This document shows positions 1 through 9,586 of a DNA stretch of 64,000 nucleotides, one piece after another. The position numbers and the translations under genes are program-made. The stretch spans positions 100,585 through 164,584 of the forward strand of contig CAAFVD010000064.1 in assembly GCA_900766355.1 (NCBI GenBank). The letters are read 5' to 3'. This DNA comes from Candidatus Gastranaerophilales bacterium. Its GTDB lineage: Bacteria; Cyanobacteriota; Vampirovibrionia; Gastranaerophilales; Gastranaerophilaceae. The notes below the pieces were generated by a model, which saw nothing but the letters and a program-made list of their open reading frames with translations, ran no database searches and had not been told where the DNA came from. How positions within the stretch are numbered: position 1 is the stretch's first letter; each line of letters opens with the position of its first letter.

Positions 1-1
1 C

Positions 2-124
2 ATAGGTTCAGAAAAGAAAAAATATATCCCAATGGCAATAGATAAAGTTGCGCTTGAATATATGAAAAAAATAAAAGTTGTATTTGACCCTAAAAATATT
101 TTGAATCCAGATAAGATATTTTAA
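2..124 (+). CDS. Partial CDS (C-terminal fragment) of FAD-linked oxidase / glycolate oxidase GlcD-like protein
   Basis: Frame 2 reads ...FDPKNILNPDKIF* ending at the TAA at 122-124. The ...DPKGILNPGKIF tail is typical of FAD-binding oxidase C-termini (GlcD/D-LDH family). Truncated by the window edge. Confidence 0.5.
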   Translation: MGSEKKKYIPMAIDKVALEYMKKIKVVFDPKNILNPDKIF

Positions 125-208
125 GAAAATATTACAATTTGCATTATATCGCATTATTGATATAATATACCTGATATAGTTGGAAATATAGGGGGAGATA
201 TTCATATT

Positions 209-523
209 ATGGATATTATACTTGTTTATTGTACAGTTCCTGATAGAAAATCTGCAAAAGAGATTGCTGATTTGTTAGTGAAACACCATTTGGCAGCTTG
301 TGTAAGTATGACAGATAAGGTAGAGTCTATATTCTCTTGGGACGGTGATTTCTGTAAAGAAAAAGAAATTCTGCTTACAATAAAAACAGTAAGAGATAAT
401 TTTGAAAAGATAAATTCATTAATAAACGACATTCATCCATATAGTGTTCCTGAAGTTATAGCAGTACCTGTAATAAATTGTAGTGAAGATTATATGAAAT
501 GGATTGTACACGAAACGAATTAG
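209..523 (+). CDS. cutA: Divalent-cation tolerance protein CutA
   Basis: 104 aa. MDIILVYCTVPDRKSAKEIADLLVKHHLAACVS...IHPYSVPEVIAVP matches the conserved CutA1 fold signature. Confidence 0.8.
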   Translation: MDIILVYCTVPDRKSAKEIADLLVKHHLAACVSMTDKVESIFSWDGDFCKEKEILLTIKTVRDNFEKINSLINDIHPYSVPEVIAVPVINCSEDYMKWIVHETN

Positions 524-1308
524 TAAAAAAACAAGAAATTATAAATTATTTTAAATCATTAGGTATAGAGGTTCATACAACAACCAAAGCTTTAGGGCAT
601 CAAGGTTTTTTTAGACGAAATCGTATTGATGTCTCAAGAGTGTTGAAGGAAGATAGAATTATACCAACACTTATTCATGAATTTTCTCACTATATTGTTT
701 TTAACAAAAAAAATATATGTAAGGATTTTTTGCCTATATTTAATCAAGATGACGAATTTATCTATAATGAATTATATGCAGTTACAAACTGGGTTGATGA
801 AAATTCTAAATTAGAAAAATTATATATTCAAAAAGAAAATATTAAAAATACGATAAAACAACAAGAACGAATTATAAAAAACAAGTATCCTGAATTTAAA
901 AGAAACGAAAAATTTAAACCGTTTCAGAAATATGCAAGATTTTCAGATGTAAAACATTTACTTAAATACGATGCAATAAAAGTGTTGAATTGGTTTTCGT
1001 ATAAAACGTATTCTATAATGAATTTAGAACAGGAGTTTCCTGATATTCCTCAGGAATTTGCAGCGTATTTGCGTTTGAAATCTTGTCAGCGAAAACAAAA
1101 TTCAATCTCTCGAAAAATAAACAAAATGAATAAATATTATAATGAGCCTACAGAATTATTTGCAAGGTTTGTTGAGGGATTATATTTAGATAAAGAAAAA
1201 GTTATAGAATTTGCACCACAAACATTTAGTATATTCAAAGCTTTATATGAAAAAGGGTATTATCCAAAATTAAATGAACTTTTTTCAATTGTAAATATTT
1301 GTGTCTAA
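499..1308 (+). CDS. Hypothetical HExxH-motif protein (putative zinc metallopeptidase-like), paralogue of 22728..23651
   Basis: 269 aa, no TM segment. GFFRRN...LIHEFSHY (HExxH) and C-terminal YNEPTELFARF mirror GFF...LIAHELKH / YNNPLEKEAYDF in the ORF at 22728..23651. Confidence 0.45.
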   Translation: MDCTRNELVKKQEIINYFKSLGIEVHTTTKALGHQGFFRRNRIDVSRVLKEDRIIPTLIHEFSHYIVFNKKNICKDFLPIFNQDDEFIYNELYAVTNWVDENSKLEKLYIQKENIKNTIKQQERIIKNKYPEFKRNEKFKPFQKYARFSDVKHLLKYDAIKVLNWFSYKTYSIMNLEQEFPDIPQEFAAYLRLKSCQRKQNSISRKINKMNKYYNEPTELFARFVEGLYLDKEKVIEFAPQTFSIFKALYEKGYYPKLNELFSIVNICV

Positions 1309-1352
1309 ATTAGCAAAAAGTACCCAAAAAATGTTTTAATATATATGGTGAT

Positions 1353-2696
1353 ATGTGTATGAATATGTTGTGTGTAAACTTACCATTTTTTAATAATGGT
1401 AAAATAGCTAATAAATATGTTAATCGTGCTACAAATAGTGTAGTAACAACTCCAAAGTTTAATACTGGGGTTCAGAACGATGTTTTTATTCGAACATCTC
1501 CATCTTTTGGGTCTTCAACTTCTAATGGTAAATTTTTGATGAAGTTAAGCCGTATTAGAGATCCTTATAGCGGTGTAATTATATTAAGACCTAATGAAGT
1601 TGACGGAATTAGCAGTGCTTTACGTAAAAAGCAATCCACTGCTGGTAAATTACATATTCTTGGAGAACATACTGAAAGTATGTTACCCGTAGAAAGAGGA
1701 ATGTATAGTTTCTTTTGTGAAGTTAATAAAAAAAATAAAAATTTGACAGTTTCGGAAATTTTAAGAGCTCAATATCCTTATTCAATAAGAGGATTGGTTT
1801 CTCATCAAAACAAGGTTTTTAATTCTATAGAAAAAGCTTCAGAAAAAATTTCAGAGAAAAATAGAACAAAAGTATTTGATGAATTAGCAGAAGCAAGAGA
1901 GAGAATATTATTACCAGAAGAAGATTTTAAACATAAATTTAAAAGAAAAACCTTTATAGATAGGCTTGTAAGAATTCAATGTAATGATATATTGGATAAT
2001 GTGAAAGAAAATATTAAAGCATTACCTGAAGATAAGATGTTAAACGCAAAAAAATCTTATTCTCAAGCTCGCTATTCAATTAATAATATGCCACATGACA
2101 AGTATATCAATAATGAACATAGACCAATAGATTTGGTTAGAAGATTGCAAAAGAAGTACGCACCTGACTATAAAGATGAAATGGGAGATATTATAGATAT
2201 CGCAGAAAATCTTCCAACATCAAGTGATAGTATGAATGCGTTTGTTGTTAAATACGCAGATAGAACAGAGCAAGAGATATGTGATCGTTTAATTATACCT
2301 TCTAGAGCTTCTGTGGAACATATCCATGCAGATTCTTTGGGTGGTGAAAATGAAGCTCCTAATTTTATGTTAGCAACTACTGCAAGAAATAGCGAACGAG
2401 GAAATATGCCGATTCAGGAATTTATAAAAAAATATCCTGATATACCTAAATATAGTCAACAATATATAGATGATGTTATTAGAGAAGGTAACAAAGGCAA
2501 TTTAGCGGGTTATGAGTGGTATCCATACCTATTTAAAGATAATTATAAGAAAGAGTCAGGGATTAATCTTGATATTTCAAAATATAAAATAAAACCTGAA
2601 AATGCGTTTTATAGTTTACCTCCAAGATTAAGAGATGACTATCCTAAATATAAACAATATATTCCAGACCCAACAGAGCCATTAAATATAAAATAA
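1353..2696 (+). CDS. Hypothetical protein with C-terminal HNH-like nuclease motif
   Basis: 447 aa. ...SVEHIHADSLGGENEAPNFMLATTARNSERGN resembles the HNH core (H-x-H...N...N), compare Cas9 HNH DHIVPQS...DNKVL..NRGK. The rest is unrecognised and the start codon is uncertain. Confidence 0.4.
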   Translation: MCMNMLCVNLPFFNNGKIANKYVNRATNSVVTTPKFNTGVQNDVFIRTSPSFGSSTSNGKFLMKLSRIRDPYSGVIILRPNEVDGISSALRKKQSTAGKLHILGEHTESMLPVERGMYSFFCEVNKKNKNLTVSEILRAQYPYSIRGLVSHQNKVFNSIEKASEKISEKNRTKVFDELAEARERILLPEEDFKHKFKRKTFIDRLVRIQCNDILDNVKENIKALPEDKMLNAKKSYSQARYSINNMPHDKYINNEHRPIDLVRRLQKKYAPDYKDEMGDIIDIAENLPTSSDSMNAFVVKYADRTEQEICDRLIIPSRASVEHIHADSLGGENEAPNFMLATTARNSERGNMPIQEFIKKYPDIPKYSQQYIDDVIREGNKGNLAGYEWYPYLFKDNYKKESGINLDISKYKIKPENAFYSLPPRLRDDYPKYKQYIPDPTEPLNIK

Positions 2697-2712
2697 AAAA
2701 AGAAGTTATGGA

Positions 2713-2982
2713 TTACTCCATAACTTCTTCTTTTTGTTTGTTAATTAAATCCTGAATTTTGGAAATAATTTCATCACCTTTTTGTTGCATATCTGAAACT
2801 ATATTGTCCGCTTTATCTTGAATATCTTTAACTGTTTCGTCTGTCTTTTGAGCAACATCTTTAGCCATAGTACCCAAAGCTTCTCTAGTTTCTTCTCCTG
2901 ATTGCGGTGCTAAAAGTATTCCTGCAAGAGCTCCTAAACCTGCACCTACTGCAAAACCTGCTAAAAATTTTGAAACTGACAT
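2713..2982 (-). CDS. YtxH-like small membrane-associated protein (DUF948/YtxH family)
   Basis: 89 aa. N-terminal GxxxG-rich hydrophobic helix LAGFAVGAGLGALAGILLAPQSGEETRE followed by a charged coiled region, as in the typical YtxH pattern. Confidence 0.55.
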   Translation of the reverse strand: MSVSKFLAGFAVGAGLGALAGILLAPQSGEETREALGTMAKDVAQKTDETVKDIQDKADNIVSDMQQKGDEIISKIQDLINKQKEEVME

Positions 2983-3058
2983 ATTTATATCTCCTTTACG
3001 AATATCATTATAATCAATAATAGTTTATCGTCATCACTAGAGTAACTAGCCTAATATG

Positions 3059-3421
3059 TTACTTTTTTAGTAATGATTTTACTAAACTAAATACACCTTT
3101 AAAAACCATTCCTGATAAAGTTGAAGTTTTAGAAAGTGTTGCAAGAACAAGTTTAGATAGTTTGCTAGAAATGTTTTTAAATCTATTAACATTGTTCTCT
3201 GTACGTTTTACTAATTTGTTAATAATTCCTACAGACTCAGTAATATCTGAAAGTATTGGCTCTGCTGATGTTTTTACTAAATCTGCAGTTTTGTTTATTG
3301 TTGTAATCAATTTTGATAAGTCAAATAGAACTTTAACCACAAATATTCCGACAGCAACTACAAATACCACACTGGTCCATGCTAGGAATGTAAGTCCATG
3401 GTATAGGCTTGCAGTATCCAT
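3059..3421 (-). CDS. DUF948-like membrane protein
   Basis: 120 aa with one N-terminal TM and a coiled C-terminus. This is a common partner of YtxH genes. Confidence 0.45.
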   Translation of the reverse strand: MDTASLYHGLTFLAWTSVVFVVAVGIFVVKVLFDLSKLITTINKTADLVKTSAEPILSDITESVGIINKLVKRTENNVNRFKNISSKLSKLVLATLSKTSTLSGMVFKGVFSLVKSLLKK

Positions 3422-3435
3422 ACAAAAATCTCCCC

Positions 3436-3747
3436 TTAATTAAAATCGTAATCTGTATCTTCTAATTCTTTCGCTTTTCTCATTTTTTCAGAACGAAGCA
3501 TATTATTAAATTTTTTGAATTGTCTTTCTAGTTTGTAGCAGAACAAATCAAGCGATTCAAAAGCTTTTTTCTTAGCATCACTTACTTCTGGAGAATGCTT
3601 TTCTGCAAAATCACAAACTGTATCTTTAAGCTTATGTCTAGCTTTATCTCCTGATTCAGGAGCATATAAAACTCCAGCAATAATTCCTCCGACAACACCT
3701 GCCAAAAGACCTAAACCAAAACCTATTGAAGACTTATTTTCACTCAT
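3436..3747 (-). CDS. YtxH-like small membrane-associated protein
   Basis: 103 aa. GFGLGLLAGVVGGIIAGVLYAPESGDKARHKL is a second copy of the YtxH N-terminal motif. Confidence 0.55.
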   Translation of the reverse strand: MSENKSSIGFGLGLLAGVVGGIIAGVLYAPESGDKARHKLKDTVCDFAEKHSPEVSDAKKKAFESLDLFCYKLERQFKKFNNMLRSEKMRKAKELEDTDYDFN

Positions 3748-3765
3748 GTTTCACCTCTCAATAAA

Positions 3766-4131
3766 TTATACCATATTTTTTATTGTTGACAACTCTCCTG
3801 ATAGGGCTTTTATTAATTTGTATCCCAATAGAAGTTTTTTGCCTTTTTTCTTTAGGAATATAAAAAATACCCACTCTAAGATACCAAGTATTTGTTTCAG
3901 AATCAACATTTGTTGATGACGTTTTATTTTATTGCAGTATTTGTCAATGATTAGTTTTATGTCACTAAAGATTTTTTCAACTTTATTAGAACGAGTTTCT
4001 AACCATTCATTTGTATCGTTTACGGCTGAATTGAACCATAAAATCTTCATATCAATATTGATTAAATATGAAACGATTATAAATGTTACTAATATTTGTA
4101 AAATAAAGATTATCGCTATTAAAAAAAACAT
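3766..4131 (-). CDS. Hypothetical membrane protein
   Basis: 121 aa ORF with an N-terminal hydrophobic segment. No recognisable motif. Confidence 0.3.
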   Translation of the reverse strand: MFFLIAIIFILQILVTFIIVSYLINIDMKILWFNSAVNDTNEWLETRSNKVEKIFSDIKLIIDKYCNKIKRHQQMLILKQILGILEWVFFIFLKKKGKKLLLGYKLIKALSGELSTIKNMV

Positions 4132-4213
4132 GTTACTTAATTACTTTTTTGTACTATTATAAGATTATATATGTAGTTGATAAATAATGCAAATCCACTT
4201 GGAGTAGTATTTT

Positions 4214-5542
4214 ATGAAAAGAATTAAATTTTATTTGTTATTGATATTAGCCCGTTTTTTATCAAAAATAATAAAACTTCATGGCAAGTCGTCAGGGACT
4301 TCTTTTATTGGATTGGTAACACTTAAAATTGAACCTAAATTCTTGAAAAAAGTTTCTAAGTATATGAATACTTGTATTTCAGTTACAGGAACTAATGGTA
4401 AAACAACAACTTCTGGAATATTGTCGCATATTTTAGAGGCTACTAATCATTCTGTTATTCATAATTCAAAAGGTGCTAATATGTTGTCAGGTATTGCAAA
4501 TACCTTTGCTTTAGGAATAACCCCTTTTAAAAAGTATGATTTTGCAGTTTTAGAGTCTGATGAGGCATATTTAACCAAATTATATGATGATATCAATTCA
4601 GATTATCTTGTGGTGACAAATCTTTTTAGGGATCAGTTAGATAGATATGGTGAATTGAGTACGACTGCAAAAAAGATTCAAAACGCAATTGATAAAAATA
4701 GAAATATTCAGTTAATTTTAAACGCTGATGACCCTCTTGTTGTGAATTTTAAAACATTAGGAGAAAAACAACCTATATTATATGGGTTTAACAAGGTGGA
4801 ATATGCAAATAAAAATGTTGATTCAAAAGCACCAGCAGAAGCTATTACTTGTCCTTGGTGTGGTAGAGATTTAGAGTATGATAAAAGATTCTATGCTCAA
4901 CAAGGTCATTATTATTGCAAATGTGGATACAAACGTCCTGAATGTAAGTATAATGCAGATGTAATAATATATGATACATATTCTGAAATATCTTTGTCAG
5001 TAAATGATATACAATACTCGTTTAGAATTCCATTATTAGGGTTGTACAATGCCTATAATGCTCTTGCGGCGATTGCAGTTGCTTTCGAAAATGGAATAAC
5101 AGATATTCAAGATGCTCTAAATTCTTATCATTCTGAGTTTGGTAGAAGTGAAGTAAGAGAGATAAATGGACATAAAGCTATTATCCAATTAATAAAAAAC
5201 CCTACAGGGGCGAGTGAAGTTATTAAAACTGTTGACAAAGACTCAAATATTTTAATCATAATTAATGATAATTATGCTGATGGGCGTGATGTATCTTGGC
5301 TTTGGGATACCGATTTCGAACTCTTAGAGGGTTGTTCTAATACGATTGTTACATCGGGTTCTAGGGCTTATGATATGGCAGTTCGTTTGAAATATGCAGG
5401 AATAAAAGATATAAAAGTTATTAATAATATTGATGAAGCTATAAAATATGTGACAAAATCGACTCCTGAAGGGGCTACTATTTCAATTTTACCAACATAT
5501 ACAGCATTGCTTCATATAAATAACAAGAAAAAAGGAGTATAG
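4214..5542 (+). CDS. murT: Mur ligase family protein, MurT-like (lipid II isoglutaminyl synthase subunit-like) with Cys4 zinc ribbon
   Basis: 442 aa. Mur ligase P-loop VTGTNGKTTTSGIL, a Cys4 insert CPWCG...CKCG, and a C-terminal DUF1727-like region. The size and layout match MurT. Confidence 0.6.
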   Translation: MKRIKFYLLLILARFLSKIIKLHGKSSGTSFIGLVTLKIEPKFLKKVSKYMNTCISVTGTNGKTTTSGILSHILEATNHSVIHNSKGANMLSGIANTFALGITPFKKYDFAVLESDEAYLTKLYDDINSDYLVVTNLFRDQLDRYGELSTTAKKIQNAIDKNRNIQLILNADDPLVVNFKTLGEKQPILYGFNKVEYANKNVDSKAPAEAITCPWCGRDLEYDKRFYAQQGHYYCKCGYKRPECKYNADVIIYDTYSEISLSVNDIQYSFRIPLLGLYNAYNALAAIAVAFENGITDIQDALNSYHSEFGRSEVREINGHKAIIQLIKNPTGASEVIKTVDKDSNILIIINDNYADGRDVSWLWDTDFELLEGCSNTIVTSGSRAYDMAVRLKYAGIKDIKVINNIDEAIKYVTKSTPEGATISILPTYTALLHINNKKKGV

Positions 5543-5544
5543 TT

Positions 5545-6270
5545 ATGCTATTAGGTGTAAATATAGATCATGTTGCAACTTTAAGAAATGCTAGAGGCGG
5601 AGTAGAACCTGATGTTCTTATGGCTGCTCGTATTTGTAAAGATGAGGGTGCAGAATCTATTACAACTCATTTGAGAGAAGATAGACGTCATATAAAAGAT
5701 GCTGATGTGGAAGCTATTAGATTATTACCTAAAACACGTTTAAATCTTGAAATGGCAATGACTGATGAAATGCAAGAAATAGCTTTAAGAATTAGACCTC
5801 ATGCGGTTTGTATTGTTCCTGAAAAAAGACAAGAACTTACAACGGAAGGTGGTTTAGATGTTGCAGGTCAATTAGAACGAGCTACAAATTTTGTAAAACC
5901 TTTAATAAAAGCTGGAATAGAAGTAAGTATGTTTATAGATCCTGATATTACTCAAGTTTCAGCCGCTTATAAATGTGGCGCTCAATTTATAGAACTTCAT
6001 ACAGGTAGATATTCAGAAGATTTTGGTACAGATAAAGAAGAAGAAACTTTTCAAGCCTTGAAAGGTGCAGCTGCATTTGCATTAACTTTAGGTTTAAAAG
6101 TTAATGCAGGACATGGTCTAAACTATGAAAATGTTAAAAGAATGCATGAAATTCCAGACCTTGTTGAATTGAATATTGGACACAGTATTATCGCAAGAGC
6201 CGTATTTGTAGGGTTGCCTCAAGCTATAAGAGAAATGAAAGAACTTGTCGAAGGGAAATATAATGGATAG
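5545..6270 (+). CDS. pdxJ: Pyridoxine 5'-phosphate synthase PdxJ
   Basis: 241 aa. MLLGVNIDHVATLRNARGG...HLREDRRHI...NLEMA... are the canonical PdxJ motifs. Confidence 0.9.
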   Translation: MLLGVNIDHVATLRNARGGVEPDVLMAARICKDEGAESITTHLREDRRHIKDADVEAIRLLPKTRLNLEMAMTDEMQEIALRIRPHAVCIVPEKRQELTTEGGLDVAGQLERATNFVKPLIKAGIEVSMFIDPDITQVSAAYKCGAQFIELHTGRYSEDFGTDKEEETFQALKGAAAFALTLGLKVNAGHGLNYENVKRMHEIPDLVELNIGHSIIARAVFVGLPQAIREMKELVEGKYNG

Positions 6271-6580
6271 AAAAAAAGAAGATGTTGTAAAAGAAATGCA
6301 ACTTGTCGTAGAACAAATGAAAAAAGATGACATTGATGATAATCCTGATTCAGAAAAAGAGTTCTTTCAATGTGATGCATGTGGCGAAGAAGCTTGTTTG
6401 GCAGGTTCTATCCAATATGGAAACTATAGACTGTGTAACGATTGTGTTTTGTTGGCAGAAGTAGGTTTTGAATTAGGGCAAATTAAAGATATTCAAGAAT
6501 TAATTGATGCTATGGAAGACAAACGATTAGAAAGTGATTGTAATTATATAAAACGAGAAGAAAGCAGATACAATAATTAG
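6263..6580 (+). CDS. Hypothetical Cys4 zinc-finger protein
   Basis: ORF-track ORF 6245..6580. The likely start is the ATG at 6263 (MDRKK), preceded by gaaggga as RBS. CDACG...CNDC cysteine pairs are present. Confidence 0.4.
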   Translation: MDRKKEDVVKEMQLVVEQMKKDDIDDNPDSEKEFFQCDACGEEACLAGSIQYGNYRLCNDCVLLAEVGFELGQIKDIQELIDAMEDKRLESDCNYIKREESRYNN

Positions 6581-6610
6581 TATCTGCTCTTTCTTTATTA
6601 TAGTTGTCAT

Positions 6611-6637
6611 AACACCTTATTTTAAGGTGTTTTTTTG
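6611..6637. terminator. Rho-independent terminator hairpin (bidirectional, between the zinc-finger ORF and serS)
   Basis: aacacctta-tttt-aaggtgtt followed by a T-run. An A-rich tract sits upstream, giving function on the minus strand as well. Confidence 0.5.
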
Positions 6638-6638
6638 T

Positions 6639-7904
6639 TTATAATTTGTCAAAACCAGTATATTTTCTTAATACTTCAGGTATTATAACTGTACCGTCAG
6701 CTTGTTGGAAGTTTTCAATAATAGCTGCAAATGTTCTACCAACTGCTAGACCTGAACCATTAATAGTATGAACAAATTGAGTTTTACCAGTAGCTTTATC
6801 TCTGTATCTAATATTAGCACGTCTAGCTTGATAATCTCCATAGTTAGAGCAACTAGAAATTTCTTTGTAGTTATTGTAAGATGGCATCCAAACTTCTAAG
6901 TCATAACATTTGTTTGCAGAGAAACCGATATCAGATGTACATAGTGCAACTCGTCTATAAGGAAGTCCTAGTAGTTCTAGCATTCTTTCTCCATCTTTTG
7001 TTAGTTTTTCGTGTTCTTCTGTACTTGTTTGTGGAGTACAAAGTTTAACCATTTCGACTTTATTGAATTGGTGAACTCTGATAAGGCCTCTTGTGTCTTT
7101 ACCAGCAGAACCAGCTTCACGTCTAAAACAAGGAGTGTATGCAGTCATATATTTTGGTAAATCATCTTCTGAAAGAATTTCACCAGCATAAATGTTTGTT
7201 ACAGGAACTTCTGCTGTAGGAATAAGATATAAATCCTCATCTACACATTTATACATATCTTCTTTAAACTTAGGAAGTTGTCCTGTACCTGTCATTGTAG
7301 CTGCATTAGCCATAAATGGTGGAAGTATTTCTTCATAACCTTCGTTTTCTGTGTGTTGGTCAAGGAAGAAGTTAATAATAGCACGTTCTAATCTTGCACC
7401 TTTACCTCTGTATAAAGTAAATCTAGATTGTGATAATTTTACACCACGTTCAAAATCAACTAGTCCTTTTTCTTCACATATATCCCAGTGTGCTTTGTAT
7501 TCAAAATCAAATTTAGTAGGTTCGCCCCAGCGTGAAACTTCAACATTATAATCCTCTGTTGGACCTATAGGTGTTGTTTCATCAGGAATGTTTGGTATAT
7601 GAAGTAACAAATCTCTTTGAGCAGAATCTAGTTCAACTTGTTTAGCTTCAAGTTCTTTTATTTTATCGCCTAAAGTTCTAACTTCTTCTTGAATAGAATC
7701 AGTATTTTCACCGTTCTTTTTCATCATACCAATTTTTTGAGAATCAGCTTTTCTTTTTGCTCTCAATTCATCAGCTTCTGTTTGAACTTTTCTACGTTCT
7801 TCATCAATTTCTATAACTTTGTCAATAGATAAGTCAGGGGATCGTCTTTTCAAGAGCTCATTAATTTTTTCTGGATTTTCTCTTATAAGTTTAATGTCTA
7901 ACAT
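6639..7904 (-). CDS. serS: Seryl-tRNA synthetase
   Basis: 421 aa. [21 protein letters not shown] is the N-terminal coiled coil. Class II motifs are present (FRREAGS..., GSGLAVGR). Confidence 0.95.
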   Translation of the reverse strand: MLDIKLIRENPEKINELLKRRSPDLSIDKVIEIDEERRKVQTEADELRAKRKADSQKIGMMKKNGENTDSIQEEVRTLGDKIKELEAKQVELDSAQRDLLLHIPNIPDETTPIGPTEDYNVEVSRWGEPTKFDFEYKAHWDICEEKGLVDFERGVKLSQSRFTLYRGKGARLERAIINFFLDQHTENEGYEEILPPFMANAATMTGTGQLPKFKEDMYKCVDEDLYLIPTAEVPVTNIYAGEILSEDDLPKYMTAYTPCFRREAGSAGKDTRGLIRVHQFNKVEMVKLCTPQTSTEEHEKLTKDGERMLELLGLPYRRVALCTSDIGFSANKCYDLEVWMPSYNNYKEISSCSNYGDYQARRANIRYRDKATGKTQFVHTINGSGLAVGRTFAAIIENFQQADGTVIIPEVLRKYTGFDKL

Positions 7905-7972
7905 AATTCTACCCTTTCTTATCTAATGTTTTACAAGATAATATTATATTAAACATATATTACAATCAATCA

Positions 7973-9586
7973 CTAATCATCAGGATAAGAGAAGAAATTA
8001 TGTAAACTTCTTATAATTTTGTTTTTGTAATGACGAGTTTTGTAAGCAGGTTTTGTTGATTTTGATTTGCATACTTTATTTTTTTGAACTTTTTCTTTTC
8101 TTACTTTTTTAGATTGTTGAGTTTTTGCTATAGATGTTTGTTCTGATTTTATTTGTTCAACTTTAACATCTTTTGATACAGCTTTGTCGTCTTTCTTCAA
8201 CTCAACAGAGCCGTCAACGATATTTTTACCGATAGCTTTTTCTAAATTTGCACGAGCTGTATTAAATTCATACAAAGTATTATAATATTGTACTCTTGCG
8301 TTTGCGTATTGGACTTGAGCTTCTTTTAACTCGACAGGATTGCCGACACCAACTTTGTATCTGCCAAAAGATAGGTCATAGTTTTCTTTTGCTTGTTTTA
8401 CTTGTAGTGTGGATACTGGTATTTGGTTTTTCTTTTCTATAAGAGAATAAAACGCATTTTGGATTTCTAAATATATGTCATTTTGAGTCGAATGTGAATT
8501 CGCAATCTCTTTAGTGTGCATAGATTGAGCTTCTTTTATTTGGTTACGAATAAGCATACCGTTAATTTGTGGGAAATTTAAGTAAGCACCTACGTTGTAA
8601 CCATAGTTAGATGTAAAAGAGCGACCACCGATTGAATAGTTGCCGTCAAATTCTAAAGTCGGATACCAAGCTTTTTTGGTTAATTTTACGTTTTGATTTG
8701 CAGATTGAACTTTAACTTCTGATAATTTGTAATCTGGACGTGCTTCTTTTGCGATATCAACGGCTTGAGTTAATGTTAAATTACAAGGATTGTATTTTAG
8801 TTTATCTAAAATATTATACTTGTTCATATATGGTAGCCCCATAGCATTGTTCAATTTAGCCATAGCAATATCTACTGCGTTTTGTGCTTGTATCAGTGCA
8901 AGTTTTGCAGAACTTAAATTAACCTCAGCTATCGTCATATCTATTTTAGGGTTAGTTCCAGCTTGATAAAAGGCTTTTGCTTGTTCATAGAAGTTTTGAT
9001 ATTGTTCTACAGTTTCTTCTGCTACTTGTTCTTGTTCATTTGCAAGTAGAACTCCATAATATGCAGTTTTTACATCTCTGATTACGGTATTAACAGTTTC
9101 TGTAAGTATTATTTTAAATTGTTCGTTCTCTAATTTAGATATTGTAACTCTGTTTTGAGTAACACCAAAGTCGTATAGCATCTCTGAAACAGAAATTGTA
9201 CCTAATACATAATAATTGAATACGAGGTTTCTATTGAATACATCTGATAATTGAAGTTGTTTTATACGAGTATAACCTGTTTGCCATGATATTGAAGGAA
9301 ACCAACTAGACCAAGCTTGTTTTATTCTATAGTCTGACGCAAAGACATCTTGAATTGCAGCTTGAATTTTAGGGTTGTTCCCTAATGCAAATTTCAAGCA
9401 ATCTTCTAAATTAACATCAATATATTTAGCTACTCCACCTTCTATCACAAGTTCATCTTTATTAGGCAGCACCATATTAGATTCAGGATATTCGTCAGTT
9501 TTTATTGTGTTTCCCAAGTCAGATGCCATAACAGGCGAGATAATGAAGGTTATAAGTAAGAATATAGTCAGGAGTTTTTTAGTCAT
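7973..9586 (-). CDS. Outer-membrane efflux protein (TolC/OprM family)
   Basis: 537 aa with a signal peptide and two OEP repeats. It is the last gene of the RND operon. Confidence 0.8.
   Translation of the reverse strand: MTKKLLTIFLLITFIISPVMASDLGNTIKTDEYPESNMVLPNKDELVIEGGVAKYIDVNLEDCLKFALGNNPKIQAAIQDVFASDYRIKQAWSSWFPSISWQTGYTRIKQLQLSDVFNRNLVFNYYVLGTISVSEMLYDFGVTQNRVTISKLENEQFKIILTETVNTVIRDVKTAYYGVLLANEQEQVAEETVEQYQNFYEQAKAFYQAGTNPKIDMTIAEVNLSSAKLALIQAQNAVDIAMAKLNNAMGLPYMNKYNILDKLKYNPCNLTLTQAVDIAKEARPDYKLSEVKVQSANQNVKLTKKAWYPTLEFDGNYSIGGRSFTSNYGYNVGAYLNFPQINGMLIRNQIKEAQSMHTKEIANSHSTQNDIYLEIQNAFYSLIEKKNQIPVSTLQVKQAKENYDLSFGRYKVGVGNPVELKEAQVQYANARVQYYNTLYEFNTARANLEKAIGKNIVDGSVELKKDDKAVSKDVKVEQIKSEQTSIAKTQQSKKVRKEKVQKNKVCKSKSTKPAYKTRHYKNKIIRSLHNFFSYPDD

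Noticed and set aside
8-205. 65-aa minus-strand ORF at the window start
   Set aside because: Low-complexity Ile/Asn/Tyr/Phe-rich translation of AT-rich intergenic DNA. It overlaps the plus-strand FAD-oxidase C-terminal fragment and the cutA promoter region.
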